From NCBI RefSeq assembly GCF_009914755.1, contig NC_060930.1: a stretch of DNA of 64,000 nucleotides; one strand, given 5' to 3'. A program made the position numbers and the translations under genes. Positions 27,498 to 42,939 of the stretch are shown one piece after another (position 1 is the first letter of the stretch; every line of letters starts with the position of its first letter). This DNA comes from the human T2T-CHM13v2.0 reference genome, Homo sapiens. The notes under the pieces are model-generated. The model was not told the origin of the DNA and made no database searches. It saw only the letters and a program-made list of their open reading frames with translations.

Positions 27498-28642
27498 AAA
27501 TAAAGAGTAATCACTTTGCTTTTTCTTCAAGACTTTCAAATTTAAGTAATTTTGTTTTTCTATTTTTCATTCAAAAATAGGGTTATAACATTTCCTTGAC
27601 ACAAGGATATATATATATATTTAGAGACAGGGTCTTGCTATGTTGCTTAGGCTGGCCTTGAACTCCTGGTGTCAAGTGATCCTCCTGTCTCAGCCTTCCC
27701 AAGTGCTGGGATCACAGGCATGAGCCACTGTACTCAGCCTTTATTAATCTAAATATGATAATTTACCCACTGAGATTCATTTGTGCTGATTAAATTTACT
27801 CTCAATCCCTATATGTATTTCTTGTATTTTTGTTGTTGTTATGTGGCCTGGAAATGTTTCCTTTATTCATTCATTCATTCCCTTCGCAATTAACTTCCAA
27901 AAAGGCTATGAAGATATTTATGCACATATACATTTTATGATTCAACTCTCATGGTAACCTTTTATAAGGAAAGCAGTGCTAATAGTGGTTCTTCTACTAA
28001 TAGATAAGAACATTGAGGCTCAGAGAGGTTTAAAAGGTTTGCCTAAGGTTGCACAGTTAAGTAACAGAGTTGCCATTAGAATAGATTTCCAGTTTATTCT
28101 AATGGCAACCTTAATTATTGTTGTTTGACTTGCTCTAATTATAAATCAGTTAAACAGATTCAGGCATTCATTTGAGTATCTATTGTGTGCCATAGACATT
28201 CTAGATGTGGGGATACAATGCTAAGAACAGATACTTTCTCATACACAGCTCAATAAACAAGTAAATTCATAAAGAAACAAAGTAGTTTTCAAATAGTGAT
28301 ATTTTCTTCAAAGGAAACAAATTGAGATGGAAGGTGATGGTAAGAGATGGTAAGAGACAACTTTGGCCAGTCAGGGACAACCTCATTGAAAAGCTGATAG
28401 TAAGTACATCCTTTGGGTAAAGGGTAGTATAAGGTACTTTGAAGGTACAAAAATAAGACAGCTTTCTATTGCCCTTGGGAGGCCTATAACAGAATTTCTC
28501 AAGTCTCTAAGGCCAATCAAGAGTTGGATTTTTTTATCCAACTTATTTTTAATTGATGTATTATTAAAAATCTGCATATCAAAAATGAAAATGTCTTGCA
28601 TACTTTGCTGTAGGACCCAATCATTGTTTTTTCTTCATATAC

Positions 28643-31600
28643 TGCATTAATCTGTTTTCACACTGCTAATAAAGACTTACCCGAGACCAGGTAATTTAGG
28701 AAGAAAAAGAGGTTTAATGGACTTAAAGTTCCACATGGCTGGGTAGGCTTCACAGTCATGGTGGAAGATGGAGGAGGATCAAAGGCATGTCTTACATGGT
28801 GGCAGGCAGGGGAGTATGTGCAGGGGAACTGCCCTTTATAAAACCATCAGATCACATGAGACTTATTCACTGTCACGAGAATAGCACAAGAAAAACCTGT
28901 CCCCATGATTTAATTACCTCCCACCAGCTTGCTCCCATGATATGTGGGGATTATGGGAGCTACAATTCAAGATGAAATTTGGGTAGGGAACACAGCCAAA
29001 CCATATCATTCTGCCCCTGGCTCCTCCCAAATTTCATGTCCTCACATTTCAAAACTAATTATGCCTTCCTAATAGTCCCTCAAAGTCTTAACTCATTTCA
29101 GCATTAACTCAAAAGTCCACAGTCCAAAGTCTCATCTGAGACAAGGCAAGTCCCCTCTGCCTATGAATCTGTGAAATCGAAAGCAAGTTAGTTACTTCCT
29201 AGATACAATAGGGGTACATGCATTGGGTAAATACACCCATTCCAAATGGGAGACATTGGCCAAAATAAAGGGGCTACAGGCCCCATGCAAGTCTGAAATC
29301 CAATAGGGCAGTCATTAAACCTTAAAGTTCCAAAACGATCTTCTTTGATTCCATGTCTCACATTCAGGGCACATTGATGTAAGAGGTGTTCTCCCATGGC
29401 CTTGGGAAGCTCTGCCCCTGTGGCTTTGCAGGGTACAACCCCCCTTCTGGCTGCTTTCATGGGCTGGCATTGAGTGTCTGCAGGTTTTCCAGATGCACAG
29501 TGTAGGCTGTCAGTGGATCTACCATTCTGGGGTCTGGAGGACGGTAGCCCTCTTCTCATAGCTCCACTAGGCAGTGCCCCACTGGGGACTCTGTGTAGGG
29601 GCTCCAGTCCCACATTTCCCTTCCACACTGCCTTAGCAGAGGTTCTTCATGAGGTTCCTGCCCCTGCAGCAAACTTCTGCCTGGACATCCAGGCATTTCC
29701 ATACATCCTCTGAAATCTAGGTGGAGGTTCCCAACCTCAATTCTTGATTTCTGTGCACCCGCAGACTCAACACCATGTGGAAGCTGCCAAGGCTTGGGGC
29801 TTGCACCCTCTGAAGCCATGGCCTGAGCTGTACCTTAGCCCCTTTTAGCCATGGCTGGTGCAGCTAGGATACAGTACACTAAGTCCCTAAGCTGCACACA
29901 GCAGGGGGGCCACACAGCAGGGGGACTCTGGGCCTGGCCCATGAAATCATTTTTTCCTTCTGGGCCTCCAGGCCTATGATGGGAAGGGCTACGTTGAAGG
30001 TCTCTGACATGCCTTGGGGACGTTTTCACCATTGTCTTGGCAATTAACATTGAGCTTCTTGTCACTTATGCAAATTCTGCAAATGTCTGCAGCTGGCTTG
30101 AACTTCTCCCCAGAAAATGGGTTTTTCTTTTTCTTCTTCCTTTTTTATTATTATACTTTAAGTTATGGAATACATGTGCAGAACGTGCAGGTTTGTTACA
30201 TAGGCATACATATGCCATGGTAGTTTGCTGTATCCATCAACCTGTCATCTACATTAGGTATTTCTCCTAATGCTATCCCTCCTGTAGCCCCCCACTCCCC
30301 TGACCAGCCCTGGAATGTGATGTTCCCCTCCCTGTGTCCATGTGTTCTGATTGTTCAATTCCCACTTATGAGTGAGAGCATGTGGTGTTTGGTTTTCTAA
30401 TCCTGTTTTAGTTTCCTGAGAATGATGGTTTCCAGCTTCATCCATGTCCCTGCAAAGGACATGAACTCATCCTTTTTTATGGCTGCATAGTATTCCATGG
30501 TGTATATGTGCCACTTTTTCTTTATCCAGTCTATCATTGATGGGCATTTGGGTTGGTTCCAAGTCTTTGCTATTGTGAATAGTGCTGCAATAAACATATG
30601 TGTGCATGTGTCTTTATAATAGAATGATTTATAATCCTTTGGGTATATAACCAGTAATGGGATTGCTGGGTCAAATGGTATTTCTGGTTCAAGTTCCTTG
30701 AGGAATTGCCACACTATCTTCCACAATGGTTGAACTAATTTACACTCCCACCAACAGTGTAAAAGCGTTTTTATTTCTCCACATCCTCTCCAGCATCTGT
30801 TGTTTCCTGACATTTTAATGATTGCCATTCTAACTGGCGTGAGATAGTATCTCATTGTGGTTTTGATTTGCATTTCTCTAATGACCAGTGATGATCTTTT
30901 TTTTTATATATATTTGTTGGCTGCAAAAATGTCTTCTTTTGAAAAGTGTTCATATCCTTCACCTACTTTTTGATGGGGTTGTTTGTTTTTTTCTTGTAAA
31001 TTTGTTAAAGTTCCTTGTAGATTCTGGATATTAACCCTTTGTCAGATGGATAGATTGCAAAAATTTTCTCCCATTCTGTAGGTTGCCTGTTCACTCTGAT
31101 GGTAGTTCCTTTTGCTGTGCAGAAGCGCTTTAGTTTAATTAGATCCAATTTGTCAATTTTGGCTTTTGTTGCCATTGCTTTTGGTGTTGTAGTCATGAAG
31201 TCTTTGCCCATGCCTATGTCCTGAATGGTATTGCCTAGGTTTTCTTCTAAGGTTTTTATGGTTCTGTTGCATCGTCAGGCTGCAAATTTTCCAAACTTTT
31301 ATGCTCTGCTTCCTCTTGAACACTTTGCTGCTTAGAAATTTTTTCCACCGGATACCCCAAATCATCCTCTCAAGTTCAAAGTTCCACAGATCTCTAGGGC
31401 AGGGACAAAATGCCACCAGTCTCTTTGTATAGCAAGTGTGACCTTTACTCCAGTTCCCAACAAATTCCTCATCTCCATCTGAGACCACCTCAGAAGCCAT
31501 TCAACAGGTCTCTAGGAAGTTCCAAACTTTCCTACATCTTCCTTTCTTCTGAGCCCTCCAAGTCTCTAGGAAGTTTCAAACTTTCCCACATTTTCCTATC

Positions 31601-32077
31601 TTCTTCTGAGCCCTCCAGACTGTTCCAACCTCTGCCTGTTACCCAGTTCCAAAGTTGCTTCCACATTTTTGGGTACCTTTACAGCAGCACCCCACTACCC
31701 AGTACCAATTTACTGTATTAGTCTGTTCTCATGCTGCTAATAAAGACATACCCGAAACTGGGCAATTTATAAAGAAAAGAGGTTTAATGGACTCACAGTT
31801 CCATATGGCTGGGGAGGCCTCACAATCATGGTGGAAGGTGGAGGAGGAGCAAAACCATGTCTTACACGGCAGGAGGCAAGAGTGTGCATGCAGAGGAACT
31901 GCCCTTTATGAAACCATCAGATCTCATGAGACTTATTCACTATCATGAGAACAGCACAGGAAAAACCCACCCCCATGATTCAATTAAGTCCCACCAGGTC
32001 CCTCCTAGGACACATGGGGATTATGGGAGTTACAATTCAAGATGAGATTTGGATGGGAACACAGCCAAGCCATATTA
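28643..32077 (-). mobile_element. Complete THE1 (THE1B-like, ERVL-MaLR) element: 5' LTR 31714-32077, internal region, 3' LTR 28643-29008
   Basis: Two LTRs of about 365 bp (minus strand TGATATGGTTTGGCTGTG...), purine tract ggggcagaa before the 3' LTR, MaLR internal ORF remnant 29188..29628, and a perfect 5-bp TSD TATAC (28638-28642 and 32078-32082). Confidence 0.95.
30128..31263 (-). mobile_element. 5'-truncated L1PA (about L1PA7 age) inserted in the THE1 internal region
   Basis: ORFs 30397..30873 and 31005..31211 are the L1 ORF2 C-terminus (RCWRGCGE...[14 protein letters not shown]), followed by a primate L1 3' UTR and tail. Confidence 0.95.
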
Positions 32078-34329
32078 TATACTTTATTAACTACTTATCT
32101 CTTCTAATAATACACTTGTTCTCATGTGGTTATTCTTCTTATTACCTTTTTTTTGAGATGAAGTCTCACTATGTTGCCTAGGCTAGTCTCAAACTCCTGG
32201 GCATGAGCCATCCTCCCACATGGCCTCCCAAAGTGCTGGGATTACAGATGTGAGCCATCACTCCTGGTCTCATGTGGTTATTACAGTGAATGATTAAGAC
32301 ACCTTCTCTCCTTCACTTTGTCCCTACTTTTTCTCAGATTTTTTTCAATGATGTCTATGCTTTTCTTGTTTTTTTCTAGCTTTTCTAACCTTGCATTTAT
32401 TTTCCTTCAGATCTCAACATCTGCTGCAATTTGACTGTTCAGGTTAGTGACAATTTGCCCATTTATCAGTTTTGTGCCTTAGGCAGTATTCACCAGCATT
32501 CTCCTACTTGAGATGAATAAGGATCTTTATTTATCTGACCACTTGTTTACTCATTCATGGGGACATTTAATATTTACAGAACACTTTCATCAAAACAAGC
32601 CTGTTTTTTCTTTTCAAAATATAATATACTAGCATAGGAACTTGACAGAAGAGGTAATAATACAGAAGAAATCTAGAGAACTGATCATGGAGAAATAATT
32701 AAACTAAAACAAAGCTGCTGCTTATAGTAAGGTAGACCAAGTTTGTCCTGTGTTCCAAATTATACTTAGCCAAAAATAAATATTTATAGATAATTGAATA
32801 GTAGTTTTTAGAAATGATTCATGGATTACTCAGGGGTGGAAATTATCCCTGTAATGTAGGCCCCAAACTTCTAAAATATTTATAATTTGTGAGGGAGAAA
32901 TAAATCCACAAACATTTGAAAATATCTAATTTTAACTTAAATTGAAAAACAGCAGTAGTGTATTTTTGTTAGGCCCTTATATTGGGTAATATAGTCTATG
33001 TAAGTATGGGAAAGGCTGGTGAAAACTGTGGATTTATCTACAAAATACATTGGTACATTGGGGAGTTTTGTGTGGGAAGTGTCCTAACACCTCAGGAAAT
33101 GCTAAGGAAGAAATGGGTAGGGTAGACTGAACACTCCACAAGGGTAGGGAGAGCGTCTTCTCTTCATTGCTCTAGCCCCAGCACCTAGAATGTGCCTGGC
33201 ACTCAATCTTTTCTTTCCTTTTTTAACTGATTTCAGGTTGAGTTTATAGGCTAGCTGAGTTTATAGGCTGGTAGAGTACAAGGTCTACTAATTTCTCTAC
33301 TCATGACTACTTTACTTTCTAATAGCACTTTATGTTCTTCAAGTGCTTTTTTTCTTTGTTCTTCAATGTATAATAAGGTGAGAACAGTTTTATCTCCATC
33401 TTGCAGGGAGAAGAGTTAGTTAAGAGACTTTCTCAGGTCACACACATATAGTTAATGACAAGGTGAGGTTTAAACCTTAAATAATAGAAATAAAAGTGAT
33501 TTTATAATTATCTAGAGTAGTTTCAATGTGAAATAACTTAAAGGTATGGAAATGGATGCCAAGAAGTATAGTCAGTCTTGCTGGAGTAAAATAATGCCCA
33601 GTGCTTTGTGCCTTCTCCCAGCTGCTGCTTCCAGAAGAACGGGGTGTCTGAGTGTGAACATCACCCAACAAGTAGGTTAACAGATATCCACGCCCCTCTT
33701 GACCCACATACATATCAGTGGGATTTAGAATGCTGCCACATATTGATGATTGAATTTATGAAGCATATAATATCCTCAATAATAAACCAAGTGTCCCTGT
33801 CCCAACTTGTTATCTCTGCTTCTGTGAACACATGTTTTCTTTTATATGCTCCTTACTCCTCAGGTGCTCTCTCAGGGACTTTTCAGTTCCTGACCTTGTC
33901 CTTTTCAGCATTTTCTCAGAGGACAATTCTTAGCTTCCTGTTGATTCCTCAAGCATTAATTGCTTTTTTCTGCCAGATATTTCCTTGCTAGGCTCTTGAG
34001 CCCTCAGAGCTGTTCTGAATTATGCAGTGGGAATTGCCCAGGATTAGGAATCACCTAATGTCCCCACCACCCCCGCTTCCTTGTGAGGCACTTCTCAACT
34101 CTGCATCCCTTATACCTTCACAGCAACCCTGTGTACCCAAAGCAGTGTCATACTCGGTGCCTCCTTTTCTCTCCTGAAATAAAATTCCTAGATAAGAAGA
34201 CCTCTATATTCCAGGCCTTGTCTTTGATTTTAGGGAAAAAAAAGAAAACTACCTATATACATAATGTTTTTAAAAATCAGTAATGTCCCACTCGTTACAG
34301 AAAGGAGAAATAAAAGAAGTAAGTTAATG

Positions 34330-34650
34330 CCTGGGATACGTGCTACAACATGGATGAACCATGAGGACATTACACCAAGTGAAATACTCCAGGCACAAAA
34401 GCACGAATACTGTATGGTTCCGCTTAGATGAGGTACCCAGAGAAGTCACATTCATAAATACTGAAAGTTGTATGGTGGTTTCCAAGGGGAGGGGGAAATG
34501 AGGAGTTATTTAATGGGCACAGAGTTTCAGCTTGAGAGGAGGTGGTGACAGTTGTACAACAATGTAAATGTACTTAATATAGTACACTTAAAATGGTTAA
34601 AATGGCAAATTTTATGAAATAGGAATTTATCACGATAAAAAATTAAAAAG
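34330..34650 (+). mobile_element. L1MB 3' end fragment
   Basis: gctacaacatggatgaacc...cacttaaaatggttaaaatggcaaattttatg. Confidence 0.8.
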
Positions 34651-35044
34651 TAAGAAAAGTTACTGCTTGGGCGAAAGTATATCAAAAAAATAAAAATAGT
34701 CCCCACAAATTTCCAAAACAACCCTAATGAGGTGTTGCTGCCTAAATGGTGAACCAAATTGTGAACCAATGTGTAGTGTTTGAGACTGGGAAACTGATGC
34801 CCAAGATTTTAGCCTCAATAAGGAGTAGAGTTCATAATTTGACTCCAAAGACATTTCTTTCCCTACCATGCCAAGGCCATCTGATTCCCAGTCCAAAGAA
34901 GTTTTCTCTCTGCTCTGTAGGCTGCCTTAATCCAGAGTACACAGGCCTTCCATTTTCTTATCTGTCCTCCTACCAGGGTGTGGTCCTTTTCCTCCTGAAC
35001 ACTGACTGTATAATTACCAGACAAAACTAAACATATTTAAAATA

Positions 35045-36061
35045 TAGGCAGTCCTCTACATCCAAGGTTCCACATCCTTGGATTCAACCAACCATGGATT
35101 GAAAATATTTGGGGGAAAAAAAAACAATAAAAAAACACTGGCCTGGGCAGCATAGTGAGATGCCATCTCTACAAAAACATTAAAATATTAGCTGAGCATT
35201 CCAGCACTTTGGGAGGCTGAGGCAGGCAGATCACCTGAGGTCAGGAGTTCGAGACCAGACTGGCCAACATGGCGAAACCCTGTCTGTACTAAAAATACAA
35301 AAATTAGCCAGGCATGATGGCAGCTGCCTATAGTCCCAGCTACTCAGGAGGCTGAGGCAGGGAAAATTTCTTGAACCCGTGAAGCAGAGGTTGCAGTTAG
35401 CCAAGATCCCACCACTGCACTGCAGCCTGGGTGACAGAGTGAAACTCTGTCTCAAAAAAATAAAAATAAAAATAAATAAAAATTAGCTGAGCATAGTGGC
35501 ATGTGCCCATGGTCCCAGCTACTTAGGGGGTTGAGGTGGCAGTGAGCTGTGATCGTGCCACTGCACTCCAGCCTAGGCAACAGCGAGACCCCATCTCAAA
35601 ACAAAAACAATAAAACAGAACACAGATTAAAAACAAAATACAGGCTGGGCTCACTGGCTTATGCCTGTAATCCCAGAACTTTGAGAGGCCAAGGTGGGAG
35701 GATTGCTTGTGCTCAGGAGTTTTAGATCAGCCTGGGTAACATGGCAAGACCACATCTCTACAAACAACAACAACAGGAGACTATACTTTCAGGGACCATT
35801 TCTGGGGATCATAGTTTGTTACTAGAGAAGTTTCTCTGTGTAGAGCATTGAAATATAAAAATGCAGAATAATCATTTACATAGCATTTACATTGTATTGG
35901 TTATTATAAGTAATCTAGAGATTAATTAAAGTATACAGGAGGATATACATAGGTTACATGCAAATACTACACCATTTTATATAGGGGACTTGATCATCCA
36001 TAGATACGGGTATCTGAGGAGGTGTTGGGTTCAGTTCTCCACGGATACCAAGAGACTAATG
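35045..36061 (+). mobile_element. MER2 (Tigger family) split by nested Alus (AluJ interrupted by a 5'-truncated AluS about 35199-35480; FLAM about 35643-35775)
   Basis: MER2 5' part ggattcaaccaaccatggattgaaaatattt and 3' part catagcatttacattgtatt...ggataccaagagactaatg. The inner Alu is flanked by repeated ttagctgagcat. Confidence 0.85.
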
Positions 36062-36694
36062 TTAATTTCATTTCCCCAACCTCCACACCAGAACTCTGAA
36101 ATAAGAATAAGAAAAGGAGCAGTTGGGATAGACAATATCAGAAGTATGTGGAAATGATAACAGTGGAAGGAAAGCTGATCTAGGCCTACTCAACAAATTT
36201 TAATCTTCATTCTGGTAAAAACAAATTAGATTTATGGGTGCAAATTTGAGCCAGCAATTAGATGGCTCTTAGGATTAATAAAAAAAGACTGAACATCATG
36301 CCTTCCAAAGACTGAGGGAAAGAGATAGATAGGAGACTTTGGCAAAGTAGCACTTTAGCCAACATCATTAGCCTAAATCTTAGTGAAGAGAGGTTAGAAG
36401 AAAGGTAGAATTTTCATGGAAGGATCCATTTTTCTTCACTTCAGAATTAAGGGAAAAATTAGGAAGCTGAATAAGAACTAATGGCCTAATTTCTTTGTTT
36501 CTTTCAAAAATCAAATCTTTAAGTTAAAATTTCAATAACCAACAGAAGAAGGTAGAACCAATTTTGTGAATTTACAAAATACTTGCTTATTGACACTATT
36601 GCCAAGGTCATTAAATAAGTTATCAAGTTACCTCAGATCCCAGTGATTTAAATAATGCTTTCTGAATGTATCCTTTTCTGTTTTAAGAAGAAGC

Positions 36695-37107
36695 TGTATT
36701 AGGTTCTTGTGTTCCTATAAAGAAATACCTGAGGCCGGATGATTTATAAAGAAAAGAGGTTTAATTGGCTCACGATTCTGCAGGCTGTATAGGAAGCATG
36801 GCCCCAGCATCTGCTCAGTTTTCTGGTGAGGTCTCGGGGAGCTTTTACTCATGGCGAAAGCAGAGTGGAAGCAGCAGGTCACTTGATGAAATTGAGAGCA
36901 AGAGTATGGGTGGGGAGCTGCCATACTCTTAACCCAATCTCTAGTGAACACAAGCAATAACTCACTTATCACCAAGGGAATGGTGCTAAGCCACTTGTGA
37001 TGGATCCACCTCCAAAATCCAGTCACCTCCCACCAGGTCCCACCTCCAACATTGGGAATCACATTTCAACATGAGATATGGAAGGGACAAACATTCAAAC
37101 CATATCA
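36695..37107 (-). mobile_element. MST (MSTB-like) MaLR solo LTR
   Basis: TGTATTAG...CCATATCA ends, MST-type body and a perfect 5-bp TSD GAAGC. Confidence 0.92.
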
Positions 37108-37120
37108 GAAGCCTATCTTA

Positions 37121-37411
37121 GGCTGGGCACGGTGGCTCACGCCTGTAATCGCAGCACTTTGAGAGGCCGAGGCAGGCAGATCATTTGAGGTCAGGAGTTT
37201 GAGACCAGCACGGGCAACATGGTGAAACCCCATCTCTACTAAAAATACAAAAACTAGCTGGGCATGGTGGCACACACCTGTAATCTCAGCTACTCGGGAG
37301 GCTGAGGCAGGAAGCTCTCTTGAACCCGTGGGCAGAGGTTGCAGTGAACTGAGATTCTGCCACTGCACTCCAGTCTGGGCAACCGAGTGAGGCTCTGTCT
37401 AAAAAAAAGAG
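37121..37411 (+). mobile_element. AluS
   Basis: Alu consensus with a TSD containing agaagcctat. Confidence 0.93.
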
Positions 37412-37506
37412 AAGCCTATATTAAACTTATAAAATTTAATATCATTTCAACTAGCCTTTTGTTGGGTGCATTTGTTCACTTTGGACTATTTTTCCAAATT
37501 CATGTA

Positions 37507-37845
37507 CAGTCGTGCATCTCTTAACAATGAGGATATGTTCTGAGAAATGCATCCTTAGGCAATGTCATTGTTGTGCAAACATCATAGAGTGTACTTAGAC
37601 AACCCTACATGGTGTAGTCACTACATACCTAGGCTATATGGCATAGGTAGAGCCTATTGCTCCTAGGCTACAAACCTGTACAGCATGTTACTGCACTGAA
37701 TGCTGTAGGCAGTTGTAACACATGGTATTTGTGTATCTAAACATGGAAAAGGTACAGTGAAAGTACAGGATTATAATCTTATGGAATCGCTGTTATATAT
37801 GTGGCTCATCTTTGACCAGAAATGTTATTATGTAGCACATGACTG
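37507..37845 (+). mobile_element. Tigger3a (TcMar-Tigger MITE)
   Basis: TA|CAGTCGTGC...GCACATGACTG|TA termini and the internal ctcctaggctacaaacctgtacagcatgttactg. Confidence 0.88.
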
Positions 37846-38196
37846 TAATTCCACTATTGATTAGAGACTCCATAACCCACACCTACCTGTTCATTTGCAT
37901 GCACATTTAGCCGATAGGTGACTTTATCACTAGATCAGTCCAAGAATAAGTTTAAAGAGCATGTCCCCTTTTCTTGTTTTTTAATAAATGTAAAACATGG
38001 AAGTACATGATACCTCAAAGGAGCATGAATCACAAACAGGAGTCCACATTTACAGAGCCTTTGCAACCACTTTTATATCTTCAAAGTGCTCTACCAAAGT
38101 ATCGGAGTCAGTCAGTCATGCAGGTAGGCTGCCAACCATGGCTGAGCCCTCAGGAGCTGTCTTGATGACCAGCATAGACACGGTCTGTTGTGTTCA

Positions 38197-38616
<420 letters not shown>

Positions 38617-41306
38617 TTAAATAAACTAACAGATTAAACCTTTCATTGTTCAGGAAGGAACAGAACAATTTTTGATAACTTGTGAAATATCTGGCACAGA
38701 AATTATTTAGAGCCACTAAATAATTTCAAATTACCTAAAAATCCTAGTGATTTATTTTCTATTTTAAGATGAAGTCTACTTTAAACTTCTAAAATGCAGG
38801 GTTATTTAAACTGGCATCTAAATCCAAGCTGGTTTTGGTTGGTAATTCCTCTAGGACATTTTACTAAATCTTGATCTTATCTAAATGATGCTATGTCATA
38901 GATGGACTGTTTGTTTTGTTTGTAATCCAGGGAAATTTAAAAAAAAAAAAAACAAGTAGAAATAAAGGCTTTTAAAGAATTTTTAGAGTTAGAAATGTTT
39001 TCAAAATTAGGTTCTTTAAACCATTAGCCATCTCTTCCTTCTGAACTCTTCTTTTTTCTGCCCTTTGGTAGCTATGAAATAATCTGCATTCCAGAAACTT
39101 CTTTTTTCCCAGTCCTTTTTCATGTCTTAACAGTGCCATGCATGATTATCTACACCATGGAAACCCATCTTAATGAAATGGAAAGATCTGCTGTTTAAAA
39201 AAACAAACAACCAATCACCCATGCCTCCTACAGTCCTGTTAGGCCAAAGGTCTGCTCTCCACCTGGTCAGCTGCTGAGGAGGGGGCAGGTACCTGTACCA
39301 CAGTTTAGCCACAACAGAAATATCGTTGGGCTACCAAAAGATGTCAGTCCTTAAAAATGTTGGCAAGCAAAGAAATTTTTCTCTAAGCACATCTTAGAGA
39401 TACTTTAGTCTAAAGGCACAGTTGATCAGATTAAAGAAGCTAAGATTACATTTTGGGGCTGGTCTAATCGATAAATATCTATCAGTGGCCATAAAGTTTT
39501 ATTTCAGTGTTTTCTGGTGTAAAGGGATTAATTTTATGTACTCAAGTCTATGGAGTTTGTTTTCTTCCACCTTTAATCACCTCACTCGGCTTGCTGGTGT
39601 GCAGTGCTCATGCAAAACTTCCTAAGGGAGTGCCCCACTTGTTTTAATTTACTTCCTCTAGCAAAAACACAGCTAGAGGAAACACAAATCGTTTAAAAAA
39701 GAAAGAAAAAAACAAAATAAACTGTCTCATTTCATTCAGAAGATTTCTGTTCATCCTACTTTTAAGTCAAAGGGTAGTGTTAAGTTTTGATTTGCAACAA
39801 ACTCAGATTATCCATTAACCCACGCTTGCAGGCTTTCTACTCCCTTTCAGATGTACGTCTATTTTTTTAAAGGGCCCAGGCTTTTTGAGTTTACCTTTCA
39901 AAAAAGTATGTTTAGGCAGAATGGTCTTCTAGAGTTATGGAATAGCTTTTCAAATGTTGGATGGATATTTTCTTAGAATTACTCCAAAATGCAGTAAATG
40001 AGAAGCAACAAGCTGAAGCTGCCAGTCTCTGGTATGAATAGCAGTGAGTAAAAGTGCTTTGAACTTAGTGTCCGTATTGGAAAGCAGGAAGTTGAAAGAA
40101 TCAGTTTGAATTCCATAATTGCTGTAAATATTATGTAGCATTTATTATCCCATTTTTTGATGTACCATGTAAATGTAAAACATACAGGTCCCCTCCCTCC
40201 CCTGAAGAGTTTATTCTCCTAGACATAAAATGAGTGTACATGCCTAGCCATTGTCCACCCCTTTCCAGTTCGATGATGTGTATCTGATGAGGAAGGACAG
40301 AGATGAGAGAATCAAAATCATTATAAACGAATACAGATGATGACTGGGTGACTGAAATCTTATCTCCCAAAGAGCATAGTTAACTGCAGCAGCAGTGGAT
40401 GATAACTACTGGGTGGGGGTAGAGGGGTTGTTTTGCTCAGTTCTGCCTAGAAGACAGTTGTAGTTATTTTAGTCCCACAGTCTCTACTCCTCCCTGGGCC
40501 TGTTTTTGCCCTGCTTTCCTGGCCTCTGTATACGGCCTTTGTTAGCACTTTGTAGTTGTCAGTCAGCTGTTACTCCAAGTCCTCTGTCAGAAATAAAGTT
40601 ACTTTTGTTTGAAGAGTCTCCAGTAATCCCCCTTCTTTTTAAACTATGACTCCCCAAAGATATATAGTCTAACTTGTGTGCACCAGTATTTTATCATATT
40701 TATTTAATAAATTCCATAAACCTTACATAAAAGATATTAAACAAAAAGTACTCACCCCCTTAAAAGGAGGAAGATAATGACCATCAAGGCATGGCCAAAT
40801 TACACAGTCTTAGGAAACAGTACAGTAGGTAATTATTGGACCTTTTTGATTAATGGCATCCTTGCTTTGCAGGTGTGTACCACCACTGCACTTCACAGGT
40901 TTCTGTAAATAAAGTGATTTGGGGTTCCCTTCTGTTGAGCATTCTTCTATCGTGAAACCATTTGGTGATGAGAAGCTTGAGTTTCTAATGCATGTTCGTT
41001 GGCTTTATTGGAGCTGCTTTTGTACTGTGGCCACCCATTTAACTTCCTCTGTGGTTGATATATGAGAGCTAGAGGACTCTGCCTTAGCTTCTTCATCAGA
41101 ACACCATGTGATGTCTCCAAATGTCTTACACTGTGGCTCCCCTGTAAGAGAGGTGGAGAGGAGAGAGGCCAAGGCTGAGGCCATTCCAGTGAGATGATCA
41201 CTTTCTTAGGCTACTGCCTGAGACCTCTCAAACAGGATCTGTCTGTGGGCTCTAGTGAGGGGAAAGTAACCGGCCTTCAGTTGGCTGGTCAGAAACAGTT
41301 ACCCAC

Positions 41307-42939
<1,633 letters not shown>

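Noticed and set aside
29188-31500. 146-aa and 158-aa ORFs
   Set aside because: They are the THE1 internal ORF remnant and the L1 ORF2 C-terminus from truncated, mutated elements.
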